Positions 1 to 12,957 are shown, numbered from the whole stretch's first letter. The stretch is 63,194 nt of DNA, filler included, from Chiloscyllium plagiosum (GCF_004010195.1; 3 parts of one record of this genome joined end to end with filler, not necessarily neighbours in it); one strand, 5' to 3'. Numbers and translations are program-made. The notes: generated by a model not told the origin, from the letters alone.

Positions 1-289
1 TCTCTATCCCTCTGTCTCCCCCCTCTCTCTCTATGGATGCTGCCAGACCTGCTCAATTTATGCACAACTTGCAGTTTCTTTTTCCACTTTCCAGTTTGCT
101 TGCTTATGCAACATTGCTTTTCTCGTTTTCAACCCAATTCTATTCATTCCACATGCCCTTTACTTCCCTCTTTTTCTTCTAGAATCTTATTAACAGTGAG
201 CATCTCAGACAAGGGAGTACCATTACCCCTTGATACTCAGTGACAGGACCATTGCCAACTAGTATCATTGACCAGAAACTGAACAAAAG

Positions 290-1095
290 CCTAAGACTGC
301 AGCATGATATTGATGGGCTGGTCAGAATGGCAGAGCAGAGGCAAATAGAGTTTAATCCTGAAAAGTTTGAGGTGATGCATTTTTGGAGACAGACCAAGGC
401 AAGGAAGTACACGATAAATGATGGAACCCTAGAAAATACAGAGGATCAGTGGGACGTTGGTGTGTGTGTCCATAGGTCCTTGAAGGATGCAAGACAGATG
501 GATCAGACAATATTTGGAATAGTTGCTGTTATTAGTCAAGGTATTGCATACAAGATAAAGGAGATTGTGATGGAGCTGTATAAGATGTTAGTTAGACCAC
601 ATCTGGGAGACTGTGCATAGTTCTGGTCACCACCACATAAGAGGGTTAGGATTGGACCAGAGAGAGAGCAGAGGAGATTCACCATGATGTTGTCAGGGCT
701 GGAGCATTTCAGCAATGGGGAGAGGTTTGAGAGGCAGGAGGTGTTTTCCTTAGAGCACAGAAGGCCAACAGGGGACCTGACTGAGGTGTACAGATTTTGA
801 AGGGCAGATCTTTTAGTGGGTTTAATAACCAGAGGACATAGATTTAAGTAAAAGACAGAGGTTTAGAAGGATTGAAGAAAGAACTCAGTGAGTGGTGGAC
901 ATCTGGAAATCTCTGCCTGAAAGGTGACACCCCAATATTGAAGTAGTGAATAAATCATCGTTTAAGCACCATAGCTCACAAGGCTATGGGCCAAGTGCTG
1001 GAAAATGGGAGTGGAGTAGGTGGGTGCTTGATGATTGTCATGGATACAATAGGCTACCATGGATGTTGAGGCACTGTAAAATCCCATGACCCTAT
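290..1095 (+). mobile_element. CR1-type LINE 3' fragment (degenerate RT C-terminus plus 3' UTR)
   Basis: LQHDIDGLVRMAEQRQIEFNPEKFEVMHF...LYKMLVRPHL. Confidence 0.85.
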
Positions 1096-1519
1096 TACTG
1101 TGACTCCCCCTTCTCCTTTAGGCCTTTCGCCTTCCAAAACTCACCCGAATGTCTTCTTTTTTGGCCCAGCCTTTTTTTTATTATTTTCTTACATCTCTGA
1201 AACACCACAAGAGGTTTTTCTATGTAGAGGTACTGTATAACTGAAAGCCTTTTTTGTTATATTATGCTAATCCTGTACTTTGAATTATTGACTTATTTTA
1301 AAAATTCTTATACTGCAGAGATAATTGATAACTGTGTGTTTGGACAAATGTGCAGAGCTGCAGGGGGAGTGACACAAGGTGAATTGCAGCTTCAGAGTCT
1401 CGCACAGACATGACTGGATGAATTGCCCTCCTTCTGCACTATAACCATTATAAGATTTTAGGTGCTAATAACCATCACCCTGTCTGCTCAATTATTTTGT
1501 CGTGGACCTTTTACTGTAG

Positions 1520-1615
1520 GGAATGGATCGAAGCGGTGTGCGGATGTCTTCCTACGTCGAAGTCAGCAGCTATTTCCACAACGCTAGCTCAGTTGGACGA
1601 TCATCAACCAGAAAG
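1520..1615 (+). CDS. DOCK8: DOCK8 exon (GMDRSGVRMSSYVEVSSYFHNASSVGRSSTRK)
   Basis: tgtag|GGA...AAG|gtaga, 96 nt, phase 0/0, DRSxxRMS motif precedes the FHEELALQ exon as in DOCK-C proteins. Confidence 0.8.
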
Positions 1616-1992
1616 GTAGACTGCCACAAAGCACCAGGAGATGTTTGTTGCACCTGCCAGCACAGCACTTTCAAACCAAACACAAAATATTTATTTACGT
1701 ATATCAGGTTCAGCTTTAGCTACTCAATGTAAAATGTCAACTCATTATACACTTTGAATCTTCAATGAACATTGCACCTTTTTTTGATGAGGCCTTTCAT
1801 TAAGGTTCTTGACACAAAATGCACGTCAGCAATGGTTAGTGCTGCACAAATCGACTACATTTTACACCAAAGGGAAACAACTCGTTTTTAATTATGAATT
1901 ATGCATACTTAAACGTGATCAATTTCAAGCCCCAAAGGAAATACGCATGAGGAATGTGTACAGAAATAATTATGATGGTTCCAAATAACAAG

Positions 1993-2009
1993 GTACGCAC
2001 ACGCGCGTG

Positions 2010-2050
<41 letters not shown>
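1993..2050. repeat. Alternating purine-pyrimidine tract: CG-rich part followed by (CA)n
   Basis: gtacgcacacgcgcgtgcgcgcgc(ac)n gt. Confidence 0.9.
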
Positions 2051-2051
<1 letters not shown>

Positions 2052-2561
2052 ACATTTACTACTCACCTGGTTTAATAGCTAAAGTACTTTGAAACATGAC
2101 TTCCACTTGAGAATTTGATTTCTACCAAGTAACCCATTTCAATTATTGGACAAGACTGTACACGTTTGATTAGTAATCATAACAATTTGTAAGTATATGT
2201 GAGCTAATGAATTTTATTGACTCTCCTTGTTCCATCTCAGTACCATTCTCCACCTACTTGCAATAAGAATAGTGAAGGAGTTAATGTGAGGCAGCCACTT
2301 GAACTGAAAGGTGACAACTGATCCACTGGGCCTTGCTTCCCCAGCATGTGGAAGTGCCTGGCTGCTGCCTGAATATTCCACGTAGCCATGTGGCTGAGAT
2401 TGATCATGGAGCCATTGGGGCAATAAAGGCATTACCTCAAGAGCCATTGCATATACCATTCAACATACTGAGCCAACATGCTGTCCGTTTGGAACACTTA
2501 GTGCAGTAGATTGTTTCCATCTCACTAAAGTTTCAGGAAATGTACATTTTCAGCTCATTCT

Positions 2562-2950
2562 AGTCATAGATCATACAGCACAGAAACAGACCCTTCAGTC
2601 CAACTCATCCATGCCAACTAGATTTCCCAACTAAACTATTCCCATTTGTGTTTGGCCTATATCCCACTGAATGTTACCTATTCATGTACTGTCCAAAAGT
2701 CTTTTAAACGTTGTAACTGTACCTGCATCCAAATGTTCTCTGGCAGTTCATCGCACACACAAACCACCTTCTGAATGAAAAGGTTACCCCTAAGGTCCCT
2801 TTTAAATCTTGCTCCTCTCACCTTCAAATTATGCCCTCTAGTTTTCAACTCCTCCACACTAGAGAAAAGACCTTTGCTATTCACCTTATCTCTGTCCCTT
2901 ATGATTTTATAAATTTCCATAAGGTCATTCCTCAACCTCCTACACTTCAT
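2562..2950 (-). mobile_element. CR1-type LINE 3' end
   Basis: RRLRNDLMEIYKI...TRGHNLKVRGARFKRDLRGNLF on minus strand plus CR1 tail. Confidence 0.85.
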
Positions 2951-3111
2951 CTCCAATTTTAATGAACAATCTCTCTCAAAATAATCAACATGTAACAGAT
3001 CACAAATTAATTTATTTTATTTTTGGTTTATTTATATTTAACAAGAATCTTCCCTGCTGCATTGCACTGTTTCTTCTTCATGTAAAGTGTCTGCACTAAT
3101 TACATATTCTT

Positions 3112-3635
3112 TGCTATTGCATGCAGTTCTGGTCTGCTTACTTGAGGAGGGATGTAGTTACATTTGAAGGCAGTCCTGAGGAGGTTTCACGAGATTGATT
3201 CCAGAGGGTCTTATGAAGAGAGATTGAGCAATTTTGGCCTCTACTCTCTGGAGATTAGAAGAATGAGAGGAGATCTAAGTCAGATGCAAAGGGGGATTGA
3301 CAGAGTAAATGTTGAAAAGATGCTTTCTGATGTGGAACAATCCAGAACAAATCTTGGGATAAGGGGTAACGAATTTGAAACAGAGATGAGGAGAAATTAA
3401 GTCTCTCAAAATATCGAGAATCTGTGGAATTCACTACCCAGGAGTATGGTGAATGCCGGGACATTGAGTAAATTTAAGGAGGACAGAGAGAGATGTTTAA
3501 TTAGTAATGGGTTGAAGGGTTGTGGAGACTGAGCAGGCAAGTGATGTTGAGAGCAAATGAGGTCAGCCATGATCGTATTGAATGGCAGAGCAAATGTGAA
3601 GGGCTGAATCATCTACTCCTGATTCTTATGTTCTT
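3112..3635 (+). mobile_element. CR1-type LINE 3' end
   Basis: SYEERLSNFGLYSLEIRRMRGDL, followed by tail ctactcctg..ttcttatgttctt. Confidence 0.8.
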
Positions 3636-6451
3636 CGAGTTTATTCGATAATATTGTGCACACTGTCCCCTAATCATTTACAACCTAATGTCATATTATA
3701 AATAACCAACCATTCTGTAGATTTGTCATTCTTTTTCATCTTGATTGCCATCTTCCGATGTTTTCTGTTCCAAATTCAACTGCTAGAATGTCCAGCAAAT
3801 GTTACGAGATAGAGAAAAATAGAAAGAATGGTTGTATGAAAAGAGAACATGCGAGAAATAGTCAGCAGGTCAGACAGTTTCTGTGGAGAGTGTAACAGAA
3901 TTAATATTTCAGACTGTTGAACTTTCATCAGAACCAGAAGTAGTTAAAGATGTAACTGATTGTAAGCAAGTAGAAAGGCAGGGAAATTGGAAACGAGGGG
4001 AAGAAAAATCAATTGTGAGAGAGAGTGGGAGGCAGGCAAGATGGAAGGAAGGAAGGGGGTGAATGGGGCAAGACAAAAGTGGATAGTGTTAGATAGGTAT
4101 TTAATGAAATTAGCAAAGGTCTGGGATGAATGACAAATATTAGGGTTGTTGTGACATGTGAGCATGTTCTATTCTGAGAAACAGTTCAAGAAAATGTTGG
4201 TGATACAGTCCCATCAACCCCTTCACTAATGAGGTGATAGTTTACAAAGTCACCCTTGCGCTCCACTCTCAGTGTTTAAACTACTACAACATTGTCTCCT
4301 GATATTCACTACATAAAATAGAGTGCATTTTAATCATACTTGCTATCTAAGAGCATCTTGATATCCTATTGAGGGAATGGGCTGGTACGCTGCATTGCTC
4401 TCTGTGTACATGTACTAAAACCACTAATTCAGAATTGAGCAGTGGTTACTCTCCTTTATTGTTTGTGTGGCAGTCTTCCTTTTGATTCCCAATGTTGTTA
4501 GTTTGCTTTAATCTTGTTCTCTTTCCCCACAGATTAATGATCTTCCCTTCCCTTCCTTTATGTGCACCTCTTGTTGAAGGCAAATGTTGAATATTAATAG
4601 TTGGTACATGTTACAAAAGGACAAGATTTATAGTTCCAACCATACTGCTGAACTCATTTCCTTTTGTTAATACTTTAGGAAAGGGCCAGTTGTTAGATAT
4701 GCTGCATTTACTGTCATGCTACATCTTTGTCATCAAAACAACAATCAAACCAAATAACCTGAGCATTTCAGTTTGAGCAGTTTCCATCACACCTTCTATA
4801 AAAGGTTAATGCCACTTTGTTTTGGGAGTTAATCAGAAGTCTAACTCCCATATTGCTCCTGTTCTATCATGGGCTTATTGCTTTATCCTTATAATAGTAA
4901 TAGATGTGGCTTTTGGCACTCAAGTGGGATGAACAAACCACAGAGTTATTACATATGTTTCTTCAAGAAGCATTGAAATCAATGCTTGGGTGCAATTTTG
5001 GTTATTAGATGAGCTTCTACTAAGTTCAGAATCATCTTTCTGACCAGCCCTTCACCCTGAAACATTGGACTTTTTCTGAGCTTACCGTTGGTATAATGCC
5101 CATAGAGTTTGATTACTTTTTTGGAAAGTACAACTGTCAGAAATAAATTGATAGACAAAGATTTCACATTTTGAGATGTTCACTGTAACAAAGAAATTAA
5201 AATCATCATAGTTGAAACAGTAATTAACAGGTAACTAATGTAACCAAAAAGGAAAAGAGGTATGTTTAGCATTGACTAAATCATGCCTTGTGAATTGATT
5301 TTACTTTACACCATGGTTCTGGAAAATATGAAGCATTAAAGAAACAATTAATCCCAGGTCTTCAACTGATGTTCACCTCTTTATTCCACAACAGGTCAAA
5401 ACTTCCAGTATTATTGACGTTCATTTCCCTTAAAGACTACCCAGTCTTTAAATATTCAAGAATCCCAACTGTTCCTTATGAACAGAAGCTAAACCTTTAA
5501 AAGCACAAATAGTTTTCTCTGAATTTCCAAACCAGCTGTCGTTCTCCCACTCCACTCTTTTTTTGTGTGTGTGAAATAATATAAAATTATCACCCAGTGC
5601 ATCAGTAGGTTTCTATTTGGGTTTCTTTTGCATAGCAACTTTAAGTCACTGGGCTGTCCTCAAATTGAGGTGTTTACAATGAATTCCAATTATACTTTTT
5701 TTTCCATATTTTTAAGGTTTTTTTTGTATTAAAGGTACATTTTGAAACTTAATTGTCTTGTAAAGTTCAGCATTCATAACATTGCTCCAGAAAGCTGACC
5801 CCTCACCCCTGTTACAGCTGCTCAATGGAACAGCCTGGGATATACAAGTAGGCAGAGAGATGTAGGCCAGAAAACAATGTCCATCTTTTCTCCTGGTGGC
5901 TTTTTAATCCTTTTTATGTCAGCCTTTGCTTCATCAGAAGACACAGTAGCAGTCCCCAGGAAGTCTACCAGAATTTCTTGGCTTTGCAATAGAAGGCTGT
6001 CACACACTGTCGGGAATTTAACTAGGAATCTGCTCTGCCTCCATGACGGCCTACTAGCCAGATATCCAGGCTAGAGTTTTCAGAAGGGATGAAAGGATAA
6101 CAAAGCCCTGTGTATAATTCCCAATATTGCTGTAGATCTACATGTTATTCACTGATAAACAGAGGCTCATTTGTGGGAACAACATGGACATCTCTTCACT
6201 GTGAGCCTGTGGGTAAACAAATGCGAACAATGTTTTATGTCTGTACAAATAGTTTGTAAATTACTGGAGTTTATAATTAAGATATTTTGGGAATGACTGG
6301 TAGAATTTTATTTTTTGGAAATCTTTTGTGATGTTTAATGCAGTCGTTGTATTTCATAAGGAAAATGAGAAATCCTACACTGATGACATAAAAGTTCAAG
6401 GAAGGTTCTGTGACAGTAGCTCAAACATAAATGGGAAACAGAAAATCTTAA

Positions 6452-6658
<207 letters not shown>

Positions 6659-6818
6659 TGATGTATTTTGACAAAGCTAGGTCATTTAGCTGCTTGTTTT
6701 GTTTTCTTTCTCAGATACTCAATCATTTTTCTTTCCTGTCTCTTGGGTTCACATCAATCGTTTCCATATACTTTCCATTTTGTCAGTTTCCACTTTGCGA
6801 ATTCTAATACGATTTATG

Positions 6819-7134
6819 TAGATTAGATTAGATTAGATTAGATTACAGTGTAGAAACAGGCCCTTCGGCCCAACAAGTCCACACCGACCCGCCGAAGCGA
6901 AACCCACCCATACCCCTACATTTACCCAACACTACGGGCAATTTAGTATGGCCAATTCACCTGACCCTGCACATCTTTGTGATGTGGGAGGAAACCGGAG
7001 CACCCGGAGGAAACCCACGCAGACACGGGGAGAACGTGCAAACTCCACACATTCAGTCGCCTGAGGCGGGAATTGAACCCGGGTCTCTGGCGCTGTGAGG
7101 CAGCAGTGCTAACCACTGTGCCACCGTGCCGCCC
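6819..7134 (-). mobile_element. HE1-type V-SINE, near full length, with (TAATC)n tail
   Basis: Minus strand: tRNA-like head GGCGGCACGGTGGCACAGTGGTTAGCACTG..GGTTCAATTCC, V-domain TGTGTGGAGTTTGCACGTTCTCCCCGTGTCTGCGTGGGTTTCC, LINE-derived tail. Confidence 0.9.
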
Positions 7135-7385
7135 ACCAATAATGTCTATCTCAATATTTTATGTATTGTAAACCCAGCCTGGCCAACCCCCTTCTCATGG
7201 GTCAGTCTGCTTATTCCAAGCATCCAAGTGGTAATCCTCCTGTGATCTTTCTGAGAAACCTTTTGTGATCTCTGAACTATGGCCTGGATTGCTGATGTAT
7301 AATTGATTGAAATTAAAAATTGACTTTTGATCTTTAGCAATGTTCCAATAATGATTCTGGAAAATTGTTTTTTTTATGAAAATAG

Positions 7386-7535
7386 ATTAAAAGCATGGCT
7401 CAGTACTTTTGCATGATGGAAAAGCAGGAATGTTCCCGAAAATTACGCTTTTCTGATCGCTTCAAAGATGACATTACCACGATCGTCAATGTGGTTACAG
7501 CAGAGATTGGCACAATTCTTGTGAAACAACAAAAG
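7386..7535 (+). CDS. DOCK8: DOCK8 exon (IKSMAQYF...[30 protein letters not shown])
   Basis: atag|ATT...AAG|gtaga, 150 nt. Confidence 0.95.
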
Positions 7536-7850
7536 GTAGATTTTCTTTCAGAAAACATCATAGAAATGTTTAAAGAAGTATCAGCACTAAAAGAAAAATC
7601 TCTTAATTCTATCTGCCAAAACCCCAGTTTTCCCCAGTTCTTGATTATATTTCATCACATCTGGCTTCCTTTAAGGACTCCATTCCATTCTCTCAGTTTC
7701 TCATCTGTTCCAATGATACCACCTTGGACAGGAATGCATCAGACATGTCCTTTCTCCTCAACCAAAGACCCAACTCGCTCCATACTGTGGGTGGACAGGG
7801 TCCTCAGTCATGCCTGACCCTTTACCACAGTCCTCATGCTTTCCCCTAAT

Positions 7851-8660
7851 ACCATAAGAGATAGGAGCAGAAGTTAGGCCGTTCAGCCCATCAAGTCTGC
7901 TCCACCATTTAATCATGGCTGATAAGTTTCTCAACCCCATTCACCAGCTTTCTCCCTGTAATCCTTAATCCCCATGATACTCAAGAACCTGTCTATCCCA
8001 GGTTTAAATATTTTCAGTGACCTGGCCTCTACAGCCTTCTGTGGCAATGAATTCCACAGATTCCCCACTCTCTGGCTGTAGAAGTTACTCCTTATCTCCG
8101 TTCTAAAAGGTCTTCCCTTTACTCTAAGGCTATGCCTTTGGGTCCTACTCTCATCCACCAAGAGAAATGTCTTCCCAACATCTACTCTGTCCATCCAGGC
8201 CATTCAGTGTTTTGAGTCAGGAGTGGAGTGCTGGAAAAGCACAGCAGGTCAGGCAGCATCCAAGGAACAGGAGAATCGACATTTCGGGGATTGAAGGGCT
8301 TCCTGATGAAGGGCTTATGCCCAAAACATTAATTCTCCTGTTCCGCGGATGCTGCCTGACCTGCTGTACTTTTCCAGCACCATACTCTCAACTCTGATCT
8401 CCAGCATTTGCAGTCCTCACTTTCTCCCATTTGGTATTCTGTATGTTTGGATTAGATTCCACCCCATGCCACCCCCCACCCCACCATCCTTCTAAACTCC
8501 ATCAAGTATAGATCCAGAGTCCTCAAACGTCCCAGATCCAGAGTCCTCAAACGTCCCTCATATGTTAAGCTTTTCAATATGGGACTACTCTCATTAACCT
8601 CTGAACCCACTCCAGGGCCATTCCATCCTTCCTGAGATTTGGGGCCCAAAACTGCTCACA
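7851..8660 (-). mobile_element. CR1-type LINE 3' fragment interrupted by a palindromic mini-PLE (about 8215-8428)
   Basis: RHSLRVKGRPFRTEIRSNFYSQRVGNLWNSLPQ on minus strand; CR1 sequence resumes after the insert. Confidence 0.85.
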
Positions 8661-8669
8661 GTAATTTCC

Positions 8670-9600
8670 CCGCCACCCAGAATGATGTTCAACTTTCTGC
8701 TTGTCCTCACTTTCCACCCCACCAATCTTCAAGTTGAAGGGTGATCCTCCATCTTTTTTGCAACGTCCAGCAGGATGCCACCATCAAAAACATTGTCTCC
8801 TTCCCTCCCTTGTCAACATTCCACAGGGATCATACTTCACATGATAATTTGGTTAATTTCTCCATTATTCCTAATACTTACTCATCTTACCCATTGTCTC
8901 ATGCTAAGGCAGAAAGCTTAAAGCATACCTTTTCCCCTCCTAAACTCATCATCCAGGTGAAGCAGTGGTCTACTTGTATTTCTGTCAATTTAGTCCATTA
9001 CATCTACTGCTTACAATATGGCTTCCTTCAGATTGGTGACACCAAATGCATATTGGAACTCGCTTTGTGGGACACCTCTGCTCTGTCTATAAGAATGACC
9101 CTGACCTTCCAATTATTTGACATTTCAATAAGCCATTTTGCTTTTGACTAATGTTTCCATCCTTGGCCAATGTTCCAGCGAAGCCCAAAATAAGCTGGAG
9201 AGTAGCACCTCATTTTCTGCAAAGGTATTTTGCAGCCTTCAGAACTCAACATTGAGTTCAGCAGTTTCAGAGCATGGACACTGTCCTCCCATTTGTTTTT
9301 ACATTGTGTCTTGTTTGCATGGATTTGCTCTTAGCAAAATTAACCTATTTCTATTACTCACCTCGACTATTAACACCTATTCTGTATCTATAACCCTTCT
9401 TTATTACCGCTAGCACTCCCTTTTGCTCGTTTACTCTGGGCACCCTCACCATCTTCATAAAAACACAACTTCCCAGCTGCCTTCAGTCCTGCTGTTAAAC
9501 TAGAAGCATTAACTTGTGTTTTTCTCCCCGTAGATGCTGCCAGACCTCTTCAGCACTTTCTCTTTTTTTAATTTCAGATCTCCGGCATCCACAGTATTTT
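8670..9600 (+). mobile_element. Old Penelope-like element fragment with GIY-YIG remnant
   Basis: STCISVNLVHYIYCLQYGFLQIGDTK and PPLSTFHRDH motifs, decayed PLE terminus near 9480-9600. Confidence 0.7.
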
Positions 9601-9777
9601 ACATTTTAAGTTTAGTTGCTGATGTGTTCCCCCTCACCCTCCTCATTTCTTCCATCATAATGAGGCGCTGATGATTGAAAGACTAACTTTTTAAGTAAAA
9701 AATCACAAAAACTGTGGAAGGCTGTGGAAGCGTTTTGTCGGATAATGAAATATTGATTTTAATTTTTTTGATCATAG

Positions 9778-9891
9778 GAAACAGAGCAGGCTGAAAAAAT
9801 CAACATAAGCTTGGCATTTTTCCTGTACGACCTTCTATCGCTCATGGACCGTGGCTTTGTGTTTAGTCTCATTAGAAATTATTGCTGCCAG
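9778..9891 (+). CDS. DOCK8: DOCK8 exon ([38 protein letters not shown])
   Basis: catag|GAA...CAG|gtaaa, 114 nt. Confidence 0.95.
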
Positions 9892-9961
9892 GTAAAGAAA
9901 CATGTTCACTTGCTGAATTTCTAATGTACAACTCGAAGTCAACAAGCAATGTAAATATGTT

Positions 9962-10636
9962 AGGCAAAGGTGAGGACTGCAGATGCTGGAAACCAGAGTT
10001 TAGATCAGAGTGGTGCTGGAAAATCACAGCAGGTCAGGCAGCATCCGAGGAGCAGTAAAATCGACGTTTCGGGCAAAAGCCCTTCATCAGGAATAGAGGC
10101 AGGGAGCCTCCAGGGTGGAGAGATAAATGGGGGTGGGGTAGGGCTGGGGAGAAGGTGGCAAAGAGTACAATAGGTGAATGGGGATTGGGATTGGGGTTGA
10201 AGTGTTCTGAGGCGGAAGATGAGGCGTTCTTCCTCCAGTCGTCAGGTGGTGAGGGAGCACAAGTGGAGGAGGCCCAGGTTCTGCATGTCCTCGGCAGATT
10301 GGGAGGGGGAGTTGAAAAATGTTGGGCCACAAGGCGGTGTGGTTGATTGGTGTGGGTGTCCCGGAGATGTTCCCTAAAGCGCTCTGCGAGGAGACGTCCA
10401 GTCTCCCCAATGTAGAGGAGACCGCATCGGGAGCAACGGATACAATAAATGATATTGGTGGGTGTACAGGTGAAACTTTGGTGGATGTGGAAGGCTCCTT
10501 TGGGGCCTTAGATGGTGGTGAGAGGGAGGTGTGGGTGCAGGTTTTGCAATTCCTGCGGTGGCAGGGGAAGGTGCCAGGACGGGAGGGTGGGTTGTTGGGG
10601 GCGTGGACATGACCAGATAGTCATGGAAGTCACTTG
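9962..10636 (-). mobile_element. Penelope-like element 3' fragment (GIY-YIG endonuclease plus terminal repeat) with 14-bp TSD
   Basis: Minus strand encodes FTCTPTNIIYCIRCSRCGLLYIGETGRLLAERFREHLRD; TSD aatgtaaatatgtt at 9948-9961 and 10637-10650. Confidence 0.9.
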
Positions 10637-12011
10637 AATGTAAATATGTTGTTCACACAGCACCAACTTTGCAACAACTCAGGCACTATGTTACTTTCTG
10701 AACAAAATATATTTAGCAACATTCGTTGTTGAAAATGATCAAATGCCTAAAATCATGGATATTCATGAAATGACACCAAAGAATGACAAATCCCTAGCAG
10801 ATTACTCTCTGTTGTTTTCCTGGTGGCAATGGCAAGTTATTTGGATGATTCTCTTGAAAGAATGGAGAGTGGAATTGAGATGGGTCATTACAGTCCCATG
10901 GTGAAGTTCCAGGATTTGACCATTTCTACCATTGATTCTTTTGTCTTTCTGTGTTATATGTTCACAGTTATTCAATTTGTTTCTATGTTCTCTTTCCATT
11001 TAGATTTTAACAGGGCCAACTACACCAGACCAAGGAACAATTAGATAGCCTACTCCCAGTGCCCCTGCCAAAAGATGATCTGCTTTTGTCCCGTGACAGA
11101 GCCACTAGGACAGGTCAATTTCTCTCGATTCCTACACAGACTCTTCCTTTGACATGGAGAAGATTGAAAGCTTAGTTATTTAATGATTACAAATGTGTCG
11201 CCATAGCCCATTACTTTATGATATAGTTACCATCTGGCTGTGTTCCATTTGAAGGAAAGAACACAACATCACAGCTCACTGCCTTTTAAAACTCAAAATA
11301 AACACATTCTCGTACATCTTGAAGGTTTCTCCAAGATGTGTTTTCCATCGGGGGAGTTCAGGCACAGTATTTCCCTCAGTATAAAACACACTCACAGATT
11401 TGGGGGCTCATTAAACAGGTATGGTGGAAACTTGGTGGGGGTTTGCTGCTGCTGTTGCTATTCGGGGAAAATGAGGCAGCACTGCAGCGGGTTCCCAGGC
11501 TGTACCTTCCACCCACTCCGTACATCTGTGACTGGATGATCAACAGGCAGAAGGTTAACTTGTGCACTGAAACTGGGGCATGTGTATTCCTTTCCAGCCT
11601 TCTAATAACAATCAGTCTTCCAACCCGATTTCTCTTCATATTCTGCTGTTGTGCTGCATGGTTTTGGAGGAAAACTTGAGAAGAATCCAGCTGTTAACCC
11701 TTGGTTCTTTACTGTATATATTAGGATGGCTGCCTGAATTCAATTCTGATCATGGTTGAGCTAGTGAGCCTCTGCTATTGCAGTTCAGTAGTTAGCTGCA
11801 TTACCCTTGTCAAAGAGAGACACTGCTCACTGTCCAGTAGTCCATGATGTTTATGTCATGACTCTGTTGCCCCAGTTGTGAAATAACATGACAACATGAC
11901 TGTCTAGTTTCACAGCTGAATGCTCACTTAAGTGAAGTATTACCCAGCTACTGTAGGAAGGAAAGCAGACAAAATTAAAAAGGTAACAAATCACCCATCT
12001 ACATTGTGGAC

Positions 12012-12145
12012 TAAGTTAAAAACTACACAACACCAGGTTACACTCCAACAGGTTTAGTTGGAAGCACTAGCTTTCGGAGCGCTGCTTCTTCATCAGGTGG
12101 TTGTGGAATACACAATTATAAGACACTGAATTTATAGCAAAAGTT
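12012..12145 (-). mobile_element. Terminal fragment of a second, probably PLE-related repeat family, with hammerhead-like core
   Basis: Homologous to the arms of 33770-34040; minus strand cacCTGATGAagaagcagcgctccGAAAgcTAgtg. Confidence 0.65.
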
Positions 12146-12161
12146 GGTTATAAAATAAGTT

Positions 12162-12254
12162 AGGTAAAAACAATGACTGCAGATGCTGGAAACCAGAGTC
12201 TAGATTAAAGTGGTGCTGGAAAAGCACAGCAGTTCAGGCAGCATCTGAGGAGTC
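12162..12254 (-). mobile_element. Short PLE terminal fragment with probable TSD tataaaata(a/c)gtt
   Basis: gactgcagatgctggaaaccagag...gtggtgctggaaaagcacagcag, flanked by near-identical 13-mers. Confidence 0.7.
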
Positions 12255-12305
12255 TATAAAATACGTTGGTTTCATTAACATTCTTTTGAATCTGTTCCAT
12301 TGTAG

Positions 12306-12461
12306 CTTTCTATCAAACTGCAATCAATGCCCACCCTCATTTCGATGAGACTGGAGTTCCTGAGGATTCTCTGCAGCCATGAACACTATCTCAGCCTCAA
12401 CCTTTTCTTTATCACCAATCTGTCTGCACCAGCTTCCCCATGCCTCTCAATATCATCACAG
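12306..12461 (+). CDS. DOCK8: DOCK8 exon ([35 protein letters not shown]...SISSQ)
   Basis: tgtag|CTT...CAG|gtaaa, 156 nt. Confidence 0.95.
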
Positions 12462-12770
12462 GTAAAGACAACCATGCATCACGTTCAGCTGACTTTGCTT
12501 TGTGAACCTCACTGTGAATTTGCTTTGATGATGTAGTGTTTAGTGTCTTGCACAGTTCTTCATAACATGTTCCATTCACACAGATAAAGAAACTCTTGTC
12601 TCGTGCATTTGCTCATCATTGAGATGAAGGCTGGCTGTTGTACTCTTTCATTGAAACCCACAGTGTGGGTTTGGTTAATGGTCAATATTGGAGGTGTCTT
12701 TTGCTACTAGTTTTCCTCTGCCAGTCCAAGTCAGGTGCTGATCATCGTGATCACTTACAATTCTCAAGAA

Positions 12771-12957
12771 GCTCCAGTTTCCTCCCACAGTCCAAAGATG
12801 TGCAGGTTAAGTGAATTGGTCATGCTAAATTACCCGTAGTGTTAGGTAAAGAAGTAAATGTAGGGGAATGGGTGGGTTGCGCTTCGGCGGGTCGGTGTGG
12901 ACTTGTTGGGCCGAAGGGCCTGTTTCCACACTGTGAGTAATCTAATCTAATCTAATC
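12771..12957 (+). mobile_element. HE1-type V-SINE, 5'-truncated
   Basis: gctccagtttcctcccacagtccaaagatgtgcagg...(taatc)n tail. Confidence 0.85.
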
